Below the pieces are notes generated by a model. The model was not told where the DNA came from. It saw only the letters and a program-made list of their open reading frames with translations, and ran no database searches. A DNA stretch of 64,000 nucleotides from Lingula anatina (taxonomy: Eukaryota; Animalia; Brachiopoda), in the NCBI GenBank assembly GCA_051362555.1, contig CM120647.1:3100001-3164000 (forward strand), given 5' to 3'. Numbering within the stretch: position 1 is the first letter of the stretch; the number at the start of each line of letters is the position of its first letter. Shown piece by piece: positions 26,936 through 39,379 of this stretch. A program made the position numbers and the translations under genes.

Positions 26936-27020
26936 AGGCTTGAGGCTGATAAGAGTTAAACTTTGGAAATGCCAGAATGAGATAAAGTGAAAATTTCTTA
27001 AACTCATTGCTTAAACTCAA

Positions 27021-27057
<37 letters not shown>

Positions 27058-28084
27058 CATACTTGTAAGTTAAAAAAATACAGAAAGTGTTATAAAGTTA
27101 CAGTACAGGGCTCCTGGTGGATGGGAGTGATAAGTCACATCTTGAAAATGCCAGTTTGAAAAATTAAAAATTAAAGAAAAAATTACAAAAATATTCCACT
27201 AAAGCTGCCATTCAGTCTAGCTGCATAACCATGATATGAATCATCCAACTTCAGTTTAAACAGTGTAAACAAGTCACAGAAATATATTTTGTTTTACCAC
27301 AAAAAGGGCAGTCATAGCTATTATTCTGATATCTGAACTTGTCATCAGACCATGTGACCTCCATAGGTGGCTATACTTTGTAATAATTTCTTAAGAGATT
27401 TTAACAAAAAAAACTTTTTAGAAAAAAAATTATTTGCCAAAAAAGAACAGTTATTATCCCTTTAACTGTAAAGTCAAGTTGCAAATGTTGCACAACAGGT
27501 AGTATCAATAAAAGTGAACTGTTACATACCCTTGGGAGTTATAAGTCCCACACTGAAAATGCCAGTAGGTAAAAGATAAAAATTTCAAAAATATATACAA
27601 CAGAATAACATGGTCAATAAGATTACAGTTTCAGGACCATATGTGAGAGTTCAAATTCACATAATGAAAATCCCTATATGTGAAAAATGATGACAGTGCA
27701 TAAAATAATATTACACAATGTTTAAAGACATAAAAACCAACACAACTGCTAATGTGGAAAAACAAAATACACAGCGCTTCTGGTGGATGACAGTTGAAAG
27801 TGTCATCTTGAAGATGCTAGTGTTTGAAAAAAAAATTTTAAAGAAAATGTAAAATAAAACATAACAAAAAATACCAATAAAGCTGCTATTCAAACTTTTA
27901 ATCTAGCTGTACAATTACTAACATGATATGAATAACCCTATTGAGTTTGAGAATAATAAGGCACTGTTATTCATCTTTAGCATTAATGTATTTATGTATA
28001 ATTTTTTTTGTAAACTTATTTTCAATATTAAATAACATTTACCTGCATAATAATAATCGATTCCTAAATATGTGACACAGTTAA

Positions 28085-28665
28085 AGGCCCAGTCACAAAT
28101 CAGTTGCGATGCGTCGGGGATGGGTAAAACCCGGGAAATTTGAACAAAATCTTGAGACAGATCTCACGATTTTGCACCCGTCGGAGGCGCTCTCCGGACG
28201 CCTGCGGGTTGTCGCAGATTTTTTAGACATCACCACACCCGTCGCAGTCCCCAACTTTGAACTTAAAATTTTAAGATTGCTCGCAAGATTTTTCACCCAT
28301 TTTGGGCATCCCAGACACAATCTCCAATGACCTACGATGCCCTCCGATTAATAGGAGGCGTCCTCCGAATAATCTGAGACTAGTCGCAATATATAGTCAC
28401 ATATACCCGGGGGGGAAAAAATTACAAGAAAAGACGCTCGCAGATATCGTCTCCGATCGCCTCCGATGCAATGGGAGGCGATCGGAGGCTAATCCCATGA
28501 TTTTTCGACAAAACCATGTCAAAATCCTTGAAAAAATCTCAGACAATGTGACTGCTCCATTTTTATTAGGATTATTGCTAGGATTGTTCAAGGATTCTTT
28601 ATTTTCTGCCACGACCCCCGGCCAAAACTAATCCCCGACAGATCGCCGACATTGTGACTGGGCCT
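28085..28665. mobile_element. PIF/Harbinger-like MITE
   Basis: TIR AGGCCCAGTCACAA / TTGTGACTGGGCCT; TAA TSD; absent at the paralogous position near 43785. Confidence 0.85.
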
Positions 28666-29434
28666 TAAGAGAGCTAAACCTATGGGACTTTACAATGAAA
28701 TCTCAATGTGTGTTTATGTAATCTCATTTAATGGCCAATTGAAAATTAATGAGTAGGCAAGTGACTTTATAGACCTTAATTTAATTAGTGATCACCCAAG
28801 GGACAATTTCATAGACTGCCATCCATACAGTACCATCATATAGCACAAATGTGTTATAGGTGTTGCATACATGCTGAAAAAAGTGAAAAAACAGCATTAC
28901 TTCCCTAAAAATGACCCGATCATGCTGATTTTCAAACTTGACCTGCGTATTATAAATATACATTTGTTCTGCAAGTTTCAAGCCAAAAGGTAAAATGATT
29001 TTCCACTTATCATGTTATCAGTGTTGCATATATGCTGAAAAAAGTGAAAAACAGCATAACTTCCCTAAAAATGACCCGCTCATGCTGATTTTCAAACTTG
29101 ACCTGCGTATTATGAATATTCATCAGTTCTGTAAGTTTGAAACCAAAAGGTAAAATGGTTTTCCACTTATCATGTTATCGGTGCTGCATATATGCTGAAA
29201 AAAGTGAAAAAACAGCATAACTACCCTGAAAACTAGAGGATCAGAGAGGCGATACCGCCTCCGAATATTGTACCACCAGCTGGAGCAAGCGCATTCGTAT
29301 AGACCCCCACATACACAAAATATGGGACACAGCCACCAGTTTTGTGCTTGACAAGCTGTAAAAATGCAATCAACAAGAATTTTTAAACTATTGCAAAAAA
29401 TATATATGGTACAATCAAATTTAAGTTCTTCATA

Positions 29435-30568
29435 AGGTAGGTCAAGGGTCAATTTCAAGGTCACAGTAAATTGCCAGTATATGACTTCCTATTCAAGTTC
29501 AAGAGTAACTATGGACCTATCTCTGTCAAGTTTGAAGTTAAAAGAGAAAGAAATTAGCAGAGTTCAGTTCATGATAAAAAGTAAGTCAAAGGTCAATTTC
29601 AAGGTCACACTTAGATTGCCAGTATAGGACTTCCTATTCAACTTCAATAGTAACTATGGACCTATCTCTGCCAGTTTTGGAGAAAAAAGGGAAGAAAAGT
29701 TTGCAAAGTTCAGTTCATGGTGAAAAGTAGGTCAAAGGTCAATTTCAAGGTCACAGTAAATTGCCAGTATATGACTTCCTATTCAAGTTCAAGAGTAACT
29801 ATGGACCTATCTCTGTCAAGTTTGAAGTTAAAAGAGAAAGAAATTAGCAGAGTTCAGTTCATGGTGAAAAGTAGGTCAAAGGTCAATTTTAAGGTCACAT
29901 TTAGATTGCCAGTATATGACTTCCTATTCAACTTCAATAGTAACTATGGACCTATCTCAGCCAGTTTTGGAGATAAAAGGAAAGCAAAATTTGCAAAATT
30001 CAGTTCATGGTGTAAAGTAGGTCAAAGGTCAATTTTAAGGTCACATTTAGATTGCCAGTATATGACTTCCTATTCAAGTTCAATAGTAACTATGGACCTA
30101 TCTCTGCCAGTTTTGGAGATAAAAGGGAAGCAAAATTTGCAAAGTTCAGTTCATAGTGAAAAGTAGGTCAAAGGTCAATTTTAAGGTCACATTTCGATTG
30201 CCAGTATATGACTTCCTATTCAACTTCAATAGTAACTATGGACCTATCTCTGCCAGTTTTGGAGATAAAAGGGAAGCAAATTTTGCACAGTTCAGTTTAT
30301 GGTGAAAAGTAGGTCAAAGGTCAATTTTAAGGTCACATTTAGATTGCCAGTATATGACTTCCTATTCAAGTTCAATAGTAACTACGGACCTATCTCAGCC
30401 AGTTTTGGAGATAAAAGGAAAGCAAAATTTGCAAAATTCAGTTCATGGTGAAAAGTAGGTCAAAGGTCAATTTTAATGTCACATATAGATTGCCATTATA
30501 TGACTACCTATTCAAGTTCAATAGTAACTATGGACCTATCTCTGCCAGTTTTGGAGATAAAAAGGAAG
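29435..30568. repeat. ~145-bp tandem satellite inside HINE-B (about 8 copies; resumes at 32807-32945)
   Basis: ggtcaaaggtcaa recurs at about 29584, 29730, 29874, 30020, 30166, 30312 and 30458. Confidence 0.92.
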
Positions 30569-32806
30569 AACAAGGCAGCAAAGCTGTCAAATGTACAGAC
30601 AAAAAGCAGGAAATAACTATGCACAAAATAGGCTACTGTCAATTCTGATGCAAAAGTACATTATGTTAAACTGCAAATTCAACATCAAATTTTAATTATG
30701 CTCAACAGGTAATACTAATGTAAGTAAAATGTGTAACAAGCATAAGGTTTCAGGCCCATGGCAGTTCAAGTTCTCACTTTCAAAATGTATAACTTCCAGA
30801 AAAAAAAGCCAATTAGACTGCTTTTCCAACTCAGGCTGCATTTTAGTCCTGTATTTCTTTTTTGAACGTTTGGCAATCATAAGTAACATGGTTTTCCCAT
30901 ATGGTCATCATGGCAGCAGCACCCAAAATTGTGTTTTCTTCTATTCTGATGCAATATTACATAATGGTTAACAGCATAATGACCGACAATTTTTAATAAT
31001 AAAATATACGTATCATGGATTTTCAGAAAATGAGACTAGCATGGGTCTTCAAGCCCATGGAACTTCAAAGTCACACCTTAAAATTGCCAATACGTGAAAA
31101 ATTAAATTTTCACAAAAAAAAAAAAAAAAAAAAAAAAAAAACTGTTTAACTAGCAGAAAGAATTACCAAACAGACTGCATTGCCTACTGAAGCTGTATTT
31201 TAGTCCCATGTTTCTTTCCTGTAAGTTTGAGAACAGTAAGTGACATGATTTTTCTTCAATGGTCATCATGGGAGCAGTGCCCAAAATATTTTTTTTCCAA
31301 ATTTTGATGCAATATTACATAATGTTTAACAGCATAATGACCATCAATTTTTAATGATAAAATATTAGTATTATGGATATTCAGAAAATGTGACTAGCAA
31401 AGGTCTTCAGGCCCATGGAACTTCAAAGTCACAACTTGAAAATGCCAAAATGTAAACAAGACAGCACTGTTCTGATGTTTTTTTTTTCCATTTTTAACAC
31501 TTTTTTAACATAAAACAAAATTAACAGTTTACTGCCATTTTTATATGACCAATTAAGAAAATTGATGAGATGTGAAAAATATCAATAGAACAGTGTCAAA
31601 TGTCCAATTTCCTCCATTCTGAGTTTCTGAACATAGTGAATGATTGAATCTTACAAACTGCAATGATATGAGTTTATTTCCATTTTTGAAACTTTATTAC
31701 ACAATACACGATAACAAGTTTACCATCATTTTTACAAAATCAACTAACAATGTTGTAAAGATGCAGGAAATGTCAAACAAACACTTTTACTTATCTTATT
31801 AATTAAATAATGAAACTGTTAACATGCCTAAAAATTGAATCTGAGGAAATGTGAAACAAGATAGCACTATTCTGAAATGGGTTTATTTCCATTTTTAACA
31901 CTTTTTTAACATAAAACAAAATTAAGTTTACTGCCATTTTTATATGATCAACTAAGAAAATTGATGAGATGTGAAAAATATCAATAGAACAGTGTCAAAT
32001 ATCCAATTTCCTCCATTCTGAGTTTCTGAACATAGTGAATGATTGAATCTTACAAACTGCAATGATATGAGTTTATTTCCATTTTTGACACCTTATTACA
32101 CAATACACGATTACAAGTTTACCATCATTTTTACGTAATCAACTAACAATGTTGTAAAGATGCAGGAAATGTCAAACAAACACTTTTACGTATCTTATTA
32201 ATTAAATAATGAGACTGTTAACATGCCCAAGAATTGAATCTGAGGAAATGTGAAAAAACAGCATAACTTATAATATAATGGTCCGATTATGCTGATTTTC
32301 GAACTTGACCTGCATTTTAGTAAGATTGATTACTCCTGTGAGTTTCATGACAACAGGCCTATGGGTTTTCCTTGAAATGTGTTAACAGTGTTGCATATAT
32401 GCTGAAAAGTGAAAAAACAGCATAACTACTAAAATAGTGGCCCGATCATGCCGATTTTCGAACTTGATCTGCGTTTTAGTAAGATTGATTACTCCTGTGA
32501 GTTTCATGACAACAGGCCTATCAGTTTTCCTTGAAATGTGTTAACAGTGTTGCATATATGCTGAAAAGTGAAAAAACAGCATAAATTCTACAATAATGGC
32601 CCGATCATGCTGATTTTCGAACTTGACCTGCGTTTTATGAATATTCATCAGCTCTGTAAATATAAAGCCAAAAAGTAAATCTGTCTTCCACTTATGGTGT
32701 TAACACTGAAAGTGCACGGCGACATGATCGGCGACGGCGACGGCGACGGCGACGACAGACGCAGGTGATGGCAATATGTACAGACACATCTGTGTCTGTA
32801 CATAAA
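30569..32806 (-). mobile_element. Helentron/HINE-like family A, copy 2, nested in the HINE-B satellite
   Basis: Same termini as copy 1; interrupts a 145-bp monomer that resumes at 32807; contains a ~410-bp tandem duplication (about 31450-32260) and ~160-bp repeats. Confidence 0.85.
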
Positions 32807-33955
32807 AATTTGCAAAGTACAGTTCATGGTGAAAAGTAGGTCAAAGGTCAATTTCAAGGTCATAGTAAGATTGCCAGTATATGACTTCCTATTCAACTTC
32901 AATAGTAACTATGGACCTATCTCTGCCAGTTTTGGAGATATAAGGGACTAAATGTTATAATTTTGGAGTTACCATAATGTGCCTTAAATTTCGTACAGAA
33001 AAAATTAATTAAAATAAAGAAAATGTCATTTTGGTCAAAATTCTTGAAATAGGAGGTGCTCTGAAGTTTCAGAAGTTCAAATTTGATGAAATAATGTCAT
33101 TTTTGAACACAAGTTGTCTGCTTTGCCAAGCCTTATGTTTTATTTTTCCAGAGTTCAAAATTTATTATCCATTACCGTACTGCACATTTTGCTTTTACCA
33201 CCAATATGTGCTTTTTGATACAGCGTAACTCGAAAACCGTATGGAATACAAAAAAACCGAGACCACCTCCAGTGTTGGGCTTTACATGCTCTACAAAATG
33301 CAAAAAAGAATGGGTTTCTAGCATTAACGGTTCCCGAATTAGAGACAGTTTTCAGTTTCGGTATCTTATGGCCGCTACTCCCGTGAAAATGCACCGATTG
33401 ACCCCAAATTCATGGAGATGAAAGATGACCTGAAGGGTAACACTTTCCAATAATATTATTGGTTAAGTCTGTGTGGTGTCTGAATAACAGGGCAAAAAAT
33501 TTTTTTTTCGTAAAAAATTTCATTTTTTTGAAAATTTTGGCCCATTTGACCTTGAGGTAAAGGTCAAAGGTCAAATCCAAGGGTATATTTGAAATCTACA
33601 CATATGACTTTTGGAAAGTCGTCTATAGAAATTTTTCCCATAACCCCTTCCGTAGGGTAGATAATTAGCATTTAATTTTGCCATTTTTAGACAAGGGTGC
33701 ATTGCAATGAGTGCCACACCCAGACCCCAATACCGACAAAGCCCAAATTTTACGTGGAACGAGTTGAGATTATAGGTGACCTAAATCCATGAGATGGGTA
33801 CGGGGGCCCTTACCGTCTAGGAGGAGAAGCGGTAACGGTAGCCATCCGGCGGAGCCGGCGGAGCCAACGGAGCCGGCGGAGCCGGCGGAGCCGGCGGAAC
33901 GATCCGGACGGGACCGAAACCATGTGTACCGCCAGCGCTAACGCTGGTGGTACAA

Positions 33956-34557
33956 TGACCTGATCATGCTGATTTTCGAACTTGACCTGCGTAATATGAA
34001 TATTCATTAGTTCTGCAAGTTTCAAGCCAAAAGGTAAAATGATTTTTCACTTATGTTATCAGTGTTGCATATATGCTGAAAAAAGTGAAAAACAGCATAA
34101 CTTCCCTAAAAATGACCCGATCATGCTGATTTTCAAACTTGACCTGCGTATTATGAATATTCATCAGTTCTGTAAGTTTGAAACCAAAAGGTAAAATGGT
34201 TTTCCACTTATCGTGTTATAGGTGCTGCATATATGCTGAAAAAGGTGAAAAAACAGCATAACTACCCTGAAAATGACCTGATCATGCTGATTTTCGAACT
34301 TGACCTGCGTAATATGAATATTCATTAGTTCTGCAAGTTTCAAGCCAAAAGGTAAAATGATTTTTCACTTATGTTATCAGTGTTGCATATATGCTGAAAA
34401 AAGTGAAAAACAGCATAACTTCCCTAAAAATGACCCGATCATGCTGATTTTCGAACTTGACCTGCCTATTATGAATATTCAGCAGTTCTGTAAGTTTCAA
34501 GGCAAAAGGTCAAATGGTTTTCCACTTATCATGTTATCGGTGCTGCATATATGCTGA
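33956..34557. repeat. ~161-bp satellite of HINE-A (also 28860-29230, 32260-32710, 34960-35420, 47565-48520)
   Basis: Unit tgcatatatgctgaaaaaagtgaaaaacagcataacttccctaaaaatgacccgatcatgctgattttcgaacttgacctgcg... Confidence 0.9.
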
Positions 34558-35503
34558 AACATAACAGCACTGTTCTGCAATGGGTTTACTTCCATTTTTA
34601 AAACACTTTTTTAACATAAAACAAAATAAACAGTTTACTACCATTTGTATATGACCAACTAAGAAAATTGATGAGATGGGAAAAATATCAATAGAACAGT
34701 GTTAAATGTCCAATTTCCTCCATTCTGAGATTCTGAAGACAGTAGATGATTGAATCTGACAAACTGCAATGATATGACTTTATTTCCATTTTTGACACTT
34801 TATTACACAATACACGATATCAAGTTTACCATCATTTTTACATAATCAACTAACAATGTCATAAAGATGCAGGAAATGTCAAACAAACACTTTTACGTAT
34901 CTTATTAGTTCAATAATGAGACTGTTAACATGCCTAACAATTGAATCTGAGGAAATGTGAAAAAACAGCATAACTTCTAAAATAATAGCCAGATTATGCT
35001 GATTTTGGAACTCAACCTGCGTTTTAGTAAGATTGACCACTCCTGTAAGTATAATGACAATTGGCCTATCTGTTTTTCTTATATTGTGTTATCAGTGCTG
35101 CATATATGTTTAAAAAGTGAAAAAATACCATAACTCCCCTAAAAATGGCCCGATCATGCTGATTTTCGAACGTGACCTGTGGATTAATAATATTCATCGG
35201 TTTTGTAAGTTTCAGGCCAAAAAGTAAAATGGTTTTCCACTTATCGTGTTATCGGTGCTGCATATATGCTGAAAAAAGTGAAAAAACAGCATAACTTCCC
35301 TACACGTCACCCGATCATGCTGATTTTTGAACTTGACCTGCGTATTATAAATATTCATCAATTCTGTAAGTTTCAAGCTGAAATAAAAAACAGTTTTCCA
35401 CTTATCGTGTTATCGGTAAAAGTGCATGACGGCAACGACGGTGACGATGACAGACGCAGATGATGGCTATATGTACAGACACATCTGTGTCTGTACATAA
35501 AAA

Positions 35504-36225
35504 TCACTAAGAGAATCTGTCCCTTTTTTGATACCTACAAAGTGTGTATTGGAAGGATGAGGGAGATTGCAGCCAGCTTCAACAAATTGGGAAAGTCTTC
35601 ACTATGGTGTGTTTTGATAATGCTCACAGTTTGCAGGTGGCATCGCTCGCATACCCCATTCTGAAAACCAATTTTTCGAGTTTAGACCATTCACTCATAC
35701 CTTGTTTTTCAATTATTATTGGCACTGATTTGGACCCATGATGTTCAATAATGTTACCATAATGGCTAGCAAGTTTCTGTATAGGGACTTCACCCCAATT
35801 TTCTCTTTCTGACTCAGACAAAAAGCTTAGTGGTCTCATGCTCAAATACCCAAATGCTGTTACCATATCCAAGTGATCCTGGGGAAATCTGGCATTTATG
35901 TTGTTAATGAGATTGTCAATAAATTGACACTGAATTGCCTTGCATTGTTTTTCATAATTAGCACAACAAGTCAGAACGTGGTCCCTGAAAAATTACGATG
36001 ACCTGTACCCACCTTCAGGAGAAATTCCTCGATGTAGCTGCCAGGTTTACTAGACAACCCTTCACTACTTGTGGCATGGTCCCTGTGCTTTTGCAGTTCT
36101 CTCAATGCATGCTTCACATTAACATCCACCAAGGCTGGGTCAAGATCTTTCTTTTGGAAGAGTAAACATAGCTCTGTGACAATGCTGAGGATGGACAAAA
36201 GCATATGGTACATATGAAGGTACCT
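35504..36225 (-). pseudogene. hAT transposase C-terminal remnant
   Basis: LSIVTELCLLFQKKDLD, FIDNLINNINARFP, FGYLSMRPL, IQKLASHYG, EWSKL; disrupted, central catalytic region apparently missing. Confidence 0.78.
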
Positions 36226-36395
36226 GCAAACATTACTCCAGCACACAATCCCTTACTTTATTTTTCCCTTAATCACCATGAACAGAGACCAAATCTCTCG
36301 ACACACTAAAATTATGAAAAATGAATGTGAAAGTTTTATCTATATATATACAAAAAATAATGTTCAGGGAAAAAACATGAGCGTAACGCCCTGTG

Positions 36396-37673
36396 CAGAC
36401 TTTACGAAAGGCCAAAAAATCTGTCAGACATTCTGTCTGACAAGCTTGAAAATTCTGTCAGACCGAAACAAAATCTGTCAGACCAAAGTAAAATAATAGA
36501 AATATAAACCATTATTCATGTTTTTATGTGTATATTCTAATGTTTTAAATCATTGACATTAAATCAAATATTAATTTTTTTATATATATTTATTCGTAAA
36601 AAAAAGTAAGATAAGAAGGAAAAACAAAACAAAAAAAAGGCAAAAAATTACTTGCATAACAAGTTGTTTTTTATTTAATGAAAAAGACGCTGTTGAATGA
36701 CACAAGGACTAAAAACATTACAAGTATGAAGAATGCGTAGCTAGTAATATCAAATGTTTGTCCATAAAAACGTCTGTTAATCAGTAACCATTTCACACGT
36801 TGTTTTTGGCAATAACATATGCATTTTGAAACAGCACAGTAAGACAGTCTCTTTCATCCACTGTCCAGTCCGAGTCTAAGTTCCTTCTTCATTTTATTTT
36901 TTTTATAAAAAGAAACTCAAACTGTGAGCTTTCATCAAGTTCATGTGCACTTTCTCCAACTCGTGATGAACATGCAAATGCGTACGTATGTTCCATAATC
37001 TAGGAAACTGTAATAAAGCTGTAACATTGCTGTTGATCAAAATGATAACTTTAGTACTCCTGACACCCGGCACACACTATTTTCCTCTCCTACAGATCAT
37101 AAGTCCGCCAGGGCCTACCTTCTTTCCAATTTTATTAAACTTCCGTTTCTCTTCCTCACTTCGTTTTCATTTTTGCCACGCTTTGCACCAACGAAGTGTT
37201 TAAAGTTCAATAACGTCATTTTCTAAGCAAAAGGCTTATCCATGAGTACTATGTACGACTGATAATGAAGAAACAGAGGATCAAGTCTGTAAAAACGCAA
37301 ATTAACACAAGCACATGTGTTGCGGCCATTTTGTTGTGTAGTATTACGAAAACGAAAACGAGACTGTACATTACATCATTCAGGAATTCCCCAACCTCAG
37401 CCAGTCACAAAATAGTATTTGTGAGTGAAACTGAGGTTAATAAATTATATATAATAGCTGGGAACTCCCCGAGATTTTCACCCCGTCTCTCTTTTCGAAT
37501 GAAGTAAAATATATCGTCCAGAAAGGAAACAACAACGTAATCCTTATATTTACACATTCTCAGTCAGTTTGAAAACTCGCCGGACATAAGGTCCGACGAT
37601 ACAGGATTTTTTACCGGACCGTGACGAAATTTGCCAGGCATGTCCGACCGTCCGACGCCTTTCGTAAAGTCTG
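36396..37673. mobile_element. Non-autonomous hAT-like element with 5-bp TSD
   Basis: Perfect 17-bp TIR CAGACTTTACGAAAGGC / GCCTTTCGTAAAGTCTG; TSD CTGTG on both sides; subterminal gtcagac/gtccgac motifs. Confidence 0.88.
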
Positions 37674-37887
37674 CTGTGTCAATGCTACGCAGCAAACGCA
37701 TCGTTTACATAGTTTTTCAGCATTGCGATATCCCAGAATGCACTTTCGAGAGTTCTTCAACCTACACAAATATAACTACAACACGTGGGTCCGGGACCGT
37801 CACGATAATCAACAACGTACACTAGTGTCACTTTGATGGCTCATGCTCCGTGTTAAAAATAAATATTGACAAAAAATAATATCTTAC

Positions 37888-38332
37888 CTTCTAAAGCTCT
37901 GCAAAAAGCCTGTTTAGCTTGAGCTGATTCCGACATTTCTTGTATGGCAAGCTTGTGGTCATTAGATGTCTCATGGCGCATAAGGGTACTGGTTCGAAAG
38001 TTATTAGTCCCTTGAAAAAATATATTGTCCTTCTTTTTTTCAACACATCAGCTGCAATACATCAAGTTTGCGTTATTGTCGTATACAAGCCACTTGTAAG
38101 TATCTCTCCACTTTTTTTGGAATGACCTTGAAGTTGCATTGCTAGTTGATACGGTATCAGAAGTCGTGACAGCAGCACATACATCTACTTTAGCTAACTT
38201 CTCCGGTGGAAATGTCTGCTGTGTATGATCATTGTCTCCGTCGCTACTATTCTGATCCGTTTTAGGGTGATCTTTCGGATCGACTTTCTTAAAAAAACTT
38301 AAAATAACACTTTGCTTCTTCTCCGCCATCAT
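37888..38332 (-). pseudogene. hAT transposase exon 1 remnant (TTF-type zinc finger, ZNF862-like)
   Basis: MAEKKQ...RSFQKKWRDTYKWLVYD...MYCS*C, then after a frameshift GTNNFRTSTLMRHETSNDH; donor GAAG|GTAAGA at 37888. Confidence 0.85.
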
Positions 38333-39379
38333 GTACAATGTACGGGTTGATCAATTGATTTACATGGACAATTAATCTCAGCCTATCAGGGATTCAAGAA
38401 AGGAGGGGCGATCGCCACTGATTTTCATAAAAAGCATGATGTCAGCATAAATTAAGATATTTGTTAAAAACTGCGACGAGCAAAGAATATCTTCATTACG
38501 TCGAACATAAGATCTTGATGTCAAGAGATGTCGAGTAAACAATCAAACTTCTGTCGTGAATTTGCCGAATTGGAGGGCGCGTTTAGAACACAAAAATGCG
38601 CCGCTGTTAATTCTCTTGAATTTTGTTGGCGCAGCTCACTCTAGGAATTGCGTCAACCTAATTTTTTCTGCGCCAATGACGCAAGGGCGCATCCTAGAAT
38701 GAACACTGAGGGCAACAGATTGATTTTCCACAGATATTCACAGATACGTCTCTAGATAAGTAGACGATCATTTTGGTCAGATGTCACCCTGTACTGAAAT
38801 CTCAAGGATGATTACATGGCTTGTAAATGTTTGCATAACTACTCAGGCATGGTCACTTAGCAAGTCCCTGCAAAGTCCCCTTGACAGTAATCAAGATAGT
38901 GCATTGCTCATCTGTGACAATAAAACAGCCCTTTAACAGACAGACAAGACAAGGCAGGTTGCATAACAAGTGTTAATCATATTGGCGCAAAGCCCAGCTC
39001 TCATTGAGGTCCTGCAGAGCAAGTACAAAGCCTTCTGCCTGCGTGCAGAATTAATTGTTTCCTCCTGGCCAAACATAACAGGGTCGCCTCAGCAAATATG
39101 TCCACAATAATAACTGCGGCCCTGGGCGAGGGTTGATGTAAACCATATCAACTCGACCTTAGTATCATTTAAAGCCAACATGTTCCCTTTCATCCATTAC
39201 TCGAAAACTCTGCAAGACAATCCTCCATAGGAGTGATTGTTGCAGACTGGTTACTCTTGCATGTAACATAAACTTGTATGTCAGCTGCAAAAATGACAGT
39301 GTTCAGACCATGTTAAAGTATGATATTTTCTACAGGTTACATGTATAATAATGAGAATAGGATTGGACTTAACATTGCA

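Larger units (their letters stand above)
29231..33955 (-). mobile_element. Helentron/HINE-like family B nested in family A
   Basis: Left aactagag, stem-loop gaggcg-atac-cgcctc and sub-TIR ttgtaccaccagc; right hairpin gtaccgccagcg-ctaa-cgctggtggtac after (CCGGCGGAG)n; inserted into the A-run of ctgaaaatgacc (empty copy near 34266). Confidence 0.82.
26536..35503 (-). mobile_element. Helentron/HINE-like family A, copy 1 (with nested insertions)
   Basis: Left aacaaggcagcaaagctgtc stem-loop plus sub-TIR tgtacagaca; right hairpin atgtacagacac-atct-gtgtctgtacat after a (GAC/GGC) microsatellite; ~161-bp internal tandem repeats; A-rich flanks, no TSD. Confidence 0.8.
26177..38708 (-). mobile_element. 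Decayed hAT transposon with 6-bp TSD, carrying nested elements
   Basis: 17-bp TIR CAGTATTCATTCTAGGA / TCCTAGAATGAACACTG; AGGGCA on both sides; hAT transposase remnants inside. Confidence 0.88.
26160..39134. mobile_element. Mutator-like MITE (about 440 bp) split by a 12.5-kb nested hAT insertion
   Basis: Left end TACCCTCTACCAGGG, right end CCCTGGGCGAGGGTT; exact 9-bp TSD GATGTAAAC (26151-26159, 39135-39143); empty site at 48755-48763; 38709-39134 matches the 17113 and 55780 MITEs. Confidence 0.88.

Noticed and set aside
29717-30648. 149-aa and 67-aa ORFs (MVKSRSKVNF...)
   Set aside because: Read-through of the 145-bp satellite
26160-39134. A 13-kb Pack-MULE or autonomous Mutator element
   Set aside because: The interior is explained by a hAT inserted into the left end of a small MITE; no MULE transposase seen
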